A program made the position numbers and the translations under genes. A stretch of DNA of 58,913 nt, filler included, from Sphacelaria rigidula (taxonomy: Eukaryota): the NCBI GenBank assembly GCA_964200075.2. It is 8 parts of 8 records of this genome, joined end to end, with 100 filler letters (N's around TTAATTAATTAA, not from the genome) between each part and the next. Parts side by side here need not be neighbours in the genome. Positions count along the whole stretch, not along the records: positions 44,264 to 51,538 come from CAXNAA020015661.1; positions 51,639 to 58,913 come from CAXNAA020015662.1; 6 more parts are not named here. One strand, 5' to 3'. The notes beneath the pieces were generated by a model, which saw nothing but the letters and a program-made list of their open reading frames with translations, made no database searches and was not told where the DNA came from. Below, piece after piece: positions 49,840-58,913 of this stretch (position 1 is the first letter of the stretch; every line of letters starts with the position of its first letter).

Positions 49840-49969
49840 GACTAAGGCAAGCAAAAAATGAGTACGCCCCCCCCCCCCTATGCCCGTGAGCTCCGTCTCG
49901 AAAGGGACGCGTGGTCAATGGTCAAACGACTAAGGCAAGCAACACATGAGAACGCCCCTATGCCCGTGG
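49840..49969 (-). repeat. Two tandem units of the TACTCATTTGTTGCTTGCCTTAGTC module
   Basis: Reverse complement of the module seen at 14195-14245, 22005-22033 and 36900-36960. Confidence 0.8.
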
Positions 49970-50033
49970 GTTCATGATCGAACTTCGTGGGAGGTGGGGT
50001 CGGGTCGTGTTGGGTTGGTGTGATGACCAACAG

Positions 50034-50243
50034 TGGCACAAGCAACAATATTGCTGGCTGTTAACAACTGTACGAGTCCACCAAACTTGTGGCCCTCTAC
50101 GAGTGGAATTGAAGACTGTCAGATTGGAGATGGGGAACGAAGAGTCGGCAGAATTTTCTTTGAAAACGAGAAGGAAGGAAACATTCGGGACGAAGACGCA
50201 GCAGAAGCAACTGCTCGAATTTACGGAGAACCAAACGTGCGCG
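50034..50243 (+). CDS. Candidate orphan exon, unknown protein
   Basis: ACAG acceptor and GTAAAC donor, 210 nt, phase 1/1, open frame AQATILLAVNNCTSPPNLWPSTSGIEDCQIGDGERRVGRIFFENEKEGNIRDEDAAEATARIYGEPNVR. No family recognised and the polypyrimidine tract is weak. Confidence 0.3.
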
Positions 50244-50571
50244 GTAAACAACCGACTCTGCTCCCTTCTAGTGCTGTTAAATATAATTTCCCACATGTTG
50301 GATCGAAATTCCGGAAGTATCAAATTTGCAGTGCGCGGCATGTTCGCAGCAAAGAGGCAAACAAAGTGACTGTTGCATGTACGGATTTCACCTCACAGTT
50401 GTCGAGTAAGATAATGATATTGTTTCTGGTTTGTTGCAGGTACCCTGAGGTTTCAGGTAGTTATGGGATGGGTAATTGTGTGAATTGCGTGCACATCAAG
50501 GTAGCATGTGTACGCTAATCCTAATTTGAGATTCTTTGTCGTACTCCGAAGTAGTTTTTTTACACCATTAA

Positions 50572-50690
50572 CCCTTTTGGAACCAGCTGACAATTTTTGT
50601 TTTTCTGAATCGGCATAATTTTTTCTTAAAAAATGACTGAAAATGATGCAATTTCACAACACCAAAAATCTTCAATGGGTTCCAAAAGGG
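50572..50690. mobile_element. 119-bp piggyBac-type MITE with TTAA target-site duplication
   Basis: TTAA|CCCTTTTGGAACC ... GGTTCCAAAAGGG|TTAA: a perfect 13-bp TIR with TTAA on both sides (50568-50571, 50691-50694). Confidence 0.88.
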
Positions 50691-51538
50691 TTAATTAGTA
50701 CTATTTGTACTCAATCATAGTTTGAAAAGCCTCGGCGGGTGAGCGTCCATCCATCAGCAAGCCTGTCCCGGGGTCAAAGAGATGAATAATCGTCTCGAGT
50801 TCTTGGGGTTCATTGAATATAGTACATACATTCCAAGATAAAGGAGCCCAACATTTAATGCAAGGCGCCTGAACGAATGTAAAAATAATTCAAGTGAGGA
50901 GATCATGCCGGGGCAGAGAAGGGGAGAATAGCCGTCCTCGAGGGTGGTATCTACCGTAGATGGGGGTAATGTTTCCCGTGTTGGGTGGATCGACGGTCAC
51001 GTAGGCCAGAGCAGTGCATCGGGAATTCTGAAAGAAAATGAATTTGCGAATGCGGACTCTGACTCCAAGATGGGATTTTGAAAACGACCCCCTTTTCAGT
51101 TGATAATGACCCTCTGCAAATTCGGCGCAGGAACCATACATGGGGATATTTCCGTAGTAAATTAATCATTCGCGCCAAGCGGGATTATGTCCGAGCGTTC
51201 AAGATCGGCACCCGGCAAACGCTTAGGACCCGTTTGAAATCAGCCGAAGAGCTAAAACATGGGACATGTCTTGTTTCACTGTACTGCAGCACAAACACAC
51301 TCACGTCCGCTGTTGTGTGCTGTAGCTATCACTGTTCTGTGGTGTGCTTAGACCTTGCGAAGACGGTTTCGTCTCCGCTGAGATGGCTTGATGTGCGGCA
51401 TGGTTGTGTTCGTCTTCCTGTAACATATAGTATCAGGCGCAGTGCTGTCTACACACTTGACTGCCTGTTGAAAACTTCATGTTACCCGGACCCATCACTT
51501 GCGCGATACCGAACATGGCTGGGTAAAGGCACACAACC

Positions 51539-51638
51539 NNNNNNNNNNNNNNNNNNNNNNNNNNNNNNNNNNNNNNNNNNNNTTAATTAATTAANNNNNN
51601 NNNNNNNNNNNNNNNNNNNNNNNNNNNNNNNNNNNNNN
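51539..51638. other. Artificial contig linker
   Basis: 44 N + TTAATTAATTAA + 44 N. Confidence 0.98.
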
Positions 51639-51688
51639 GAACCTCAACTCCGCACAATGGGGATGATCGCACTACGTAGTGTTTGAAT

Positions 51689-53022
51689 GGTGAGACACCC
51701 ATGAGGCAGTGTATAAGCCGTCGCTGTCTCAGAAAGTGGCGATACCACAAAATAAAAGCACCTAACTCGTTGTAGGCTGTCATCCAAATGCAAGATAATC
51801 AGTAGGCTTCGGCCCGAACAACCTTGGCAGGATGCAGCCCACCCTTCGTACTACTCGCCGGACACACCACGGCGCTTCGCGCTTGGTGATTGAGTGCGAG
51901 CCTGGTCCGGCGAAAACCCGGCGTGCTCCGTCCCGGCTTTGTAGGAATGCCAGGTTAGTGGTCTATGGCATGCGTGATCATGAGTACACCCCCCCCCCCG
52001 CCGACCAAAACGACGACCAATTATTTAAATCGGACATCAAAACTCATCGTCATGGTAGGTGGCCCTAGGTAGGTCAGGTCCACCTAGGTCGACATAACGT
52101 CGTGACAACTTGATACTACAGGGAAAGCCTTTTCTTCCCCACTGTGGGCGCAATATCACACGGCTCCATGTCCCCGCCTTCCATGCATGTTTTTCGGTGT
52201 TGCATCAGCGAGTGACGACGATCGGACACACTTTCTGACGCCAACAGTCACGGAAGCGACTATCGCGGAATCCATCGCCCATTGGACTGAACAGGAATGG
52301 ACATACTCACGTATGGATGGCTGTTTGGGACTCACAGAACAAAGAAAGTGAAGCGCAAGGAGGTGGTACACGTCACCACCCGAGTCTGGGCAAGGAACCG
52401 TAACTCAAGATACAGCAGCGAAAATAATTTAGAAAAAAGGGCGCGGGGCCTCGAAGCTTCGAAGGCGAAGCGTGTTTCCTTGTTCAGCGACTGCATGTAT
52501 GCATGAAGCACAACGAGTGACATTGGACAATAAATCGAGTCTGATAACGGAGACCTGCACGTGATCCGCGCACTTGTAGGACAAGATGAAAGTTCGAGAG
52601 TGGTCAAGGTGAAAACAATGACCATATGTTCGATTCGCCGTCTCTTAAGGTAGGGCGGGTAGGGAGGGCGCGCGCGCGAGGGGGAGGTGTACTCATGATT
52701 TTGCATGCCGTATTAGAAGTCATGTGACCATCGACCACTCATCCCTACAAAGCCGAGGGGAGAGGGGAGGGCGGGGGTGTACTCATGATCATGCATGCCA
52801 TTGTCAAAAGACCATTGATTGACCTCGCATCCCTACAAAGCCGAGACCGGAGTACGCCGGGTTTTCGCCGGACCAGGTTTGCACTCAAACCACCAAGCGC
52901 GAAGCGCCGTGGTGTGTTCGGCGAGTCGCATAAAGGGTGGGTTGCATCCTGCTAAGATTGTTCTGCCCGACGCCTACTGATTTTCTTGCACTTGGATGAC
53001 AAACTACAATGAGTTGCTTCAT
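51689..53022. mobile_element. Element with ~250-bp inverted arms enclosing ~770 bp
   Basis: 51760-52000 is the reverse complement of 52770-53022 (e.g. CACCACGGCGCTTCGCGCTTGGTG, CCTGGTCCGGCGAAAACCCGGCGT). The left arm also matches 44045-44163. Confidence 0.8.
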
Positions 53023-56000
53023 CGCCTCGGCAGACTGTACCTGCATAATATAACGGAGGAACCTTCATTCCCCCCCCCTCCTTACAGGATACCCCCCCCC
53101 CCCCCCGGTTGTGCCGAAGGATACTCGCTCAATTGGCCGTACGGTAATACGAGATCCTGTCCCCCCCGGTGGGTAGCTTGAGTGGGTCATTCAATATGCT
53201 CCTTAGGACAGGTATTGCAAATTAGATCGACTCGATAGACAAAACGGCATACAGTAGATGGAACACGAGGCAAGAGATTACATATTGCACGATACGCATG
53301 ACGTGTGTTTCCTCATTACTCCAGGCATACAAGCACACAGCTCTCGGTTCATATGCGAACCTACAACTCCAAGGATCACGTACCACGAGCAGGGTGGACG
53401 CAACGAACGGTCTCGCGAAAGGTCATGCCCTCTCTTCTCCTTCGATGAAGGGCACGCCACCAGAAAACGGCACCAACAGACAGTGCTGTTGAGAAGTGAT
53501 ACAAAGTGAAATTGGTACCAGAGTATACACCGAGACTGTCTCTACTGTGCATACTGTTGTAGACATTACACGACACACAGCAGTCGTGGATTCAGAGACA
53601 AGATATCGGACGCGTCATATATTTTATCCTCCTCTACAGGACCGGAAGGGATTTCAAGTAAGAATGTTGGATATCTTTGTCGCAGCTTCCATCATCCTCT
53701 GTGGGACCGTAGGGAATTCCAAGCACGAAGAAGGGACAACGAAAGTAGAAAAGCACGAGTACAGAGAGGAGAAAAGTAAAGGACTGCACAGACAGTACAA
53801 TGCCTTTACTTCGTGCTGCGTACGCGGTACCACATGTTCAGCTTCTTGACGATCTTCTCGAGCAGTTCGCGGGTGCCTGAAACGTCCCGCGATGCGCGTA
53901 CTTTTTCACCCTTTGTACAGCACAAAAAACGGAAGCTGATTTCATGTCCGTTCGCGACCCCCCGACTCCATGTTGATCTTGCCGGTACTATTCTGTGCTA
54001 CGTACTCCGCTAAAAAACATTCGCTGATTACATGTGCATTCGCAACCCCCTGACCCAATATCAGTCAATAGACGGTATAGGAAGTCAACCAGGTATCTCG
54101 GACGCGATGTTTCCGATATAAATTGCAGCGAATTTCATGTTAAATCATTGTATTCGGATATAATAAATAATGATTGGGTTGGGTTGGGGTTAGATTGTTG
54201 TTTTAAGGAAAAAGGGAACACGATGCCGTGAACCTCGAGTACAAAATACCGGAAGTATCACTAGTGTATTCATCAAGGTTCTGCCGTCTGCTGTGCTTGG
54301 TTGAAGAGTATTTTGAATCAAGTCAATTCTTCCGTAAAAGTCTTGACAAAACCGTATCACGGATGCGTGTTGCGCGTTGGTGAGGCATACTACGGCATGA
54401 AGTACTTGTGCTATATTCGATTGCTTTCGGGGATCTGTCGACTCACACCTTGCCTTCCCCGTCAACAACAAACAGCCGAGTACTCTGCGTTTAGGCTCGT
54501 CGGGGAGTGACAAAATCTCCCATCCTACCGGGGAATGTAGCGTACATCCTCTGCAGATCAAGATGAGGGGTGTCAAACTCCGCAAGGAGAATGTTCAGAT
54601 TGCCAAACAAGGGGGGGCTGTCAATACGGATTGCCCTAGGCTTCGACAATCGATCCGCGACAGTATGGACGCACGCACAACTCTTCCATCAACAGACTTC
54701 CCGGAAAAATATTGCGCGTACCCCGAAAGCGTGGCAATAAGACTGGCAAAGCCGGAGGTCTATGGTATCACTCGTTCCGTTTGTACAGGCATCAAGAACA
54801 ATATATGACTGTGCAGCGCCAACATCTGCCGGGTGAATACGCGAGACCTTGCTCGGGGTACAGCTTACAGGGTACCCAATGCGAAACAGAGCGGCATATT
54901 TTGCGAGGGACATACACTGTAGTGACGAACTGTAGAGGTGGACACCGTCAGTTGATGTCTAAAGGGTACTTGCTAGACAGGGCAAAGCGTGCCTACATGA
55001 CTCGTTTTGTGTGTGGTCTAGAGAGTGCAGACACTGGTTAGTATGAACGGTGAAACGGGCGGTCTTGTGTCGGCAGTTAATTAAAGAAACTGGTGTCAAC
55101 AGAAAATGCCCATGGCACTTACCGTTCTTTCTGGAGAACACACAGAGTACAGCACAACTGGTGTACTGTACAGTACAGACAGTAACCGGACAGTACAAGT
55201 CAGGACAAAGTGTGATAGCGTGCCATCCTTCCCCTACTTCGCCCCTCCTACCCTACCCCTCAACCCCCTTGGTGCCGGAGGTGTCTATTTGTGGGATCGA
55301 CATCATTTTCAGTGACGCCGCGTTGACAAAGGAGTCAGATGTGTTGAAAAACATGTTTGACGCGCCCACTACTTCGGAAGGGACTGGGAGAAAAGGACGA
55401 GGGTGGACAAATGGAAACGCGAACGCAAGTGCAGCACAGGCAGTACAATACTACCGTAGAGGCATCTCAAACTAGAGCTTTCCGATACTGTGGATAGTTT
55501 GGGATACCTCAACTGTACTGTACTCCTCAACATAACACTCTTCATGCACGTGTTCTGAAAGCCACGTACGGCGGTGCCACGCTGCAGTGGACTTTCTGAA
55601 AAAAAAACGGGGCAGGTCGGCATCAGTCACGGCTGTATTCATGTAGCAGGTTTTTGGGAAGGAACAAAAAACATCAAGGGCCATCGGGCTGTCCAAGTTG
55701 TCCGATATGTGAAGTGTGGCAAAAGAACACGCTGTGAAATGACGACTGTCGTTTGTTGGGGGTGCCATGGAGTTTTGCGGAAAGTGATTCAATTTCGAAG
55801 CGTTACACCGTGTGGCTTCCCTGAGTTCTTGGTGGCTCCCTGTCATGATCGAAAAAAAATGAATTGTTTGCTCATGGTGTCATACGTTCATAATGCCATT
55901 GATGTACATGGTGTCATATGTTTCAAAATGTCATCGATGTACGTACATCCATTACAATATCATATTTCTCATGCGGCGACTGCCCAAATACTTCTACTGG

Positions 56001-56908
56001 ATAAATGAAATCGCCGTCGTCACACGCGAACTGCCGCTGAGGCGACAACCACGTGCATGTGGAAAGGGAGCAAGACTTTGGACACGAGACGTATTTGCCC
56101 ATGCCAACAGACAAGGCTCGGGCCGTCCGACTGATCATTCAACGCATCTTACAGAACATTCAACAGTTATGCAGAGCGTGTGCCCGAGGGTAGAGGAACA
56201 TCACACCTCTACATGGCACTACTATGTACAACTGTCAGTATACAAGAGGACGATGGACCGTTCCGGCTACCGCGCGGAACACAGACAGCGGGGTAGCTCA
56301 TTCAGCCAGCAAAAGGGGTGGGTGTCGTTTCACGGTACCGTCAGCAAAATAAGGCACAAAGGAGAAACTATGCCTGCATGTGGGGTGACATGATCACTTC
56401 CCCCGAAACCACCACTGATGATGGCATGCTAGGAAGAGTGAGGCACGGGAGACCCGACGGCGGCCGAGGGGTTGTTGTACCCCTATAAACTTCGTGTGCG
56501 GGAAAAATCTTGAACTGATTTCTCACACTCCAGAATAAAGTACGGTACAGAAACCAGCACAATCGTCTCTGGGTTCTAGACTGCGGTTGTAACCGTACAG
56601 CAGTACAGTACAGTACAGTACAGTAGCAGAACAGCGTGGGCGCAAACTCTTCCTTGCGAGAGAGAGAAAAAGAGCGAGCGCGGTCGTGCAAGCTACGTAA
56701 AGGAAGATGAAGGGAGCCGTCCTGCGAAGGAACGTTAATTTCGAGCGAGACATCTCTCAAGGTATCGTGAAAGATAGAGAACGCACGGCCGCTACGATAA
56801 TCGTCTGTGAGAGCGAGGATTCAAACGGGGGAACTGTTTTTCAACACACGCGACACACAAAGACACAGACACACACGAACACACGCACGGACACACATAG
56901 ACACACAC

Positions 56909-57753
56909 CTGCTGAATTGCTGGCTCCAGCCGCAGGAGGTGATTTCCCTGTACTGGCGCCAGCGCCACCTACACCCCTTGGCGGTGCAGGACTACTCCCT
57001 CTGGAACCAGACCTTCCAACGCCCCTCCCGGCACTGCCATGGCCCTTCGCAGCAGCAGCTGAAGACGCTGCAGAAGCTCCCGTCTGCTCCCCCCCTCGTC
57101 GCCTGGCCTCTCCCGGGTGGTGTTGCTGCTGCTGCTGCTCACCACCTGATACCGCGTGTGTCGTAGATAATCGACCAGCAGGCCCAGAAGAGTTATGTCG
57201 CTCTTCCGGCGCCGCGGCCTCCTTTGCGATGCCGGACAGATTGCCGTATGACCCGAACGCCTTGAGACCTCTCACAGGCTCTGCAGGTCGGCCAGCACCC
57301 GGTGCGCCCCCGCCCGATTCTCCTCGCATTCCCAATGTCGGGGGGACCCTCTCTTTCGCTGCTGTGGTATTGTTGATGCCATCAGTGGCGGTGGCGGTAG
57401 TGGCGGCTGCTGTTGTCAGAGGCAACACGCGATCGCTGTTGCTCTGGGATATCGAGGCAGTATCGCCGGATGACGAAGTAGACAGTATAGAGGCCATCCC
57501 AGTCGTCCCGTTGTTAACTTGTCTTCTCGTTTGTTCTTGATATTCTTGTCCCTGCTGCGAGCAGATGGCGACGGGAATAATGCCGCACTGCGTACAAGCG
57601 TCGGGCCCGACGGCTGTCGCCACCACTGAAGGGATGGGCGCAGAAGATACCGTGGGAATCTCGGCGTGTTCACCGTTGTCCGCCGTGCCAACTGTAGTCC
57701 CACGCACGTCTTCAAAAGTGGTTTGTTCAAACATGGCCATTTTTATGTATGCC
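56909..57753 (-). CDS. Large internal exon of an unidentified gene (low-complexity, G/A/S/T-rich)
   Basis: TTGCAG acceptor and CAG|GTGTGT donor, 845 nt, phase 2/1, open frame AYIKMAMFEQTTFEDVRG...AAGASNSA. The GC-rich, disorder-type composition is typical of such exons. Confidence 0.65.
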
Positions 57754-58022
57754 CTGCAAGTTAGAGCCGGTTCGATTATAGTGGGTTCAAATCCCTCGTA
57801 TCTCGAATTCTTGAGCCAATGGCGGCCCAGAGGATGGATGTCTTTCTTTTTATAGCTCCCTCTCCGTCCCCCTTTGGTATCCTTGCTGGTCTGCTATTCG
57901 TGGCGGGCGTGTGTGCGTGTGGTGGATTCACAGCACAATCCTCCGGCGCTCCTCCAGTAAAGGTATAATCTTCACGTACGTCACATATAGCGAGAGGCGT
58001 TTAGGATTACAAGAATTTTCGC

Positions 58023-58258
58023 ACCCTGGTCAATATATATATATGGTCAAGAGATTCTATAGGCCAAAAATGTACCGGAAAAAGTTTAGGTCTATAGCAA
58101 CTATTGCCGACACAAGACTGAATAGATAAAAAATGTACTGAATAAAGTATCAGTCTGTTGTAACTATCGCCGACACAACAGCTGCAACAGGCCTGTGTTG
58201 ACCGTCCTTTTTTGGTATATTGCATCTATTGACTGTTTACCATAATATTTTCCAGGGT
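58023..58258. mobile_element. MITE with imperfect TIRs
   Basis: Left end ACCCTGGTCAATAT..ATGGTCAA matches the reverse complement of the right end, ACCCTGGAAAATATTATGGTAAA. Confidence 0.55.
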
Positions 58259-58329
58259 ATGGTAGGAGCTGGCCCAGCAGCCGAGAAGCGAACAGTATTT
58301 ATTTTGCAAGCCACTTACCGGCCCACGCT

Positions 58330-58785
58330 TCACAAGATGTCTTCGTGAGATCGCGAGTAGAGGATACTCTCCAGCCTAATGGTGATAGTCGAACCATTTT
58401 AATTTACACTACCGGAATGCGACATAGTACGAAACAAAAAACAAGTCACGACACTCTCTGGTAAAATTAAACTTCCCCCTGAAAACCCCTGGAACGTCAG
58501 TCATCGATACTGTTCCGATACGAAGTCGCGAGAGTGAAAAACGGTCAATTGAGAATGAATCATTTCAGCTCCGAAATACCCCTCCACAAGGCCCGACATA
58601 CTTTTTCTGTAGTAGCTTGCCACTGAGGCGCTTGATGTATCACTGAGTAGGATATCGACGTGTAGCTGTCAGCACACGGCAGTGATAGGGGCAAAGAAGA
58701 GCACACACGGAATGATACATTGGCGAAGTCAAAGCGAGTAATCAAAGCCACTCTCAATTCGCGCTCTACTCTCAATCTCACGAAT
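58330..58785 (+). repeat. Dispersed repeat shared with 9780-10075
   Basis: TTTTTCTGTAGTAGCTTGCC...AGCACACGGCAGTGATAG...CTCAATCTCACGAA occurs in both places. Confidence 0.8.
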
Positions 58786-58913
58786 GAATACATTGTATAG
58801 TTTGGTGTTCGTGTACTCAACTCGTATTGAAACTTTGTCTGGGCCCTCGCTCCTTGTTATTAGGCCGCTTCCTATAATAGACAAAAATTAAAACCCGGAA
58901 GAATGACTTTTTG

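Noticed and set aside
56707-57540. 277-aa plus-strand ORF
   Set aside because: It is the antisense shadow of the GC-rich minus-strand exon, which has the splice signals.

Overview
Eukaryotic, repeat-rich, intron-rich nuclear DNA, most likely from a brown alga (Phaeophyceae). That assignment is an inference from gene structure, repeat families and a flagellar gene. The window is not one locus. It is eight contigs of 7278, 7278, 7277, 7277, 7277, 7276, 7275 and 7275 bp, sorted by size and joined by identical 100-bp linkers (44 N + TTAATTAATTAA + 44 N), so synteny across linkers means nothing. Recognisable content: (contig 1) nine in-phase GT-AG exons on the minus strand encoding about 457 C-terminal residues of an Agd3-like (CE18, galactosaminogalactan deacetylase-type) protein, the most interesting item; (contig 2) two exons of the flagellar dynein regulatory complex subunit DRC7/CCDC135 separated by a 4.6-kb repeat-filled intron; (contig 4) a decayed Ty3/gypsy retrotransposon (gag zinc knuckle, protease, RT); (contig 5) a frameshifted Cys/His zinc-finger ORF and the 3' end (PPT + LTR) of another LTR element; (contig 8) one large low-complexity exon. 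The rest is tRNA-derived SINEs, hairpin/TIR MITEs, tandem arrays and microsatellites. Most ORFs in the supplied track are spurious.
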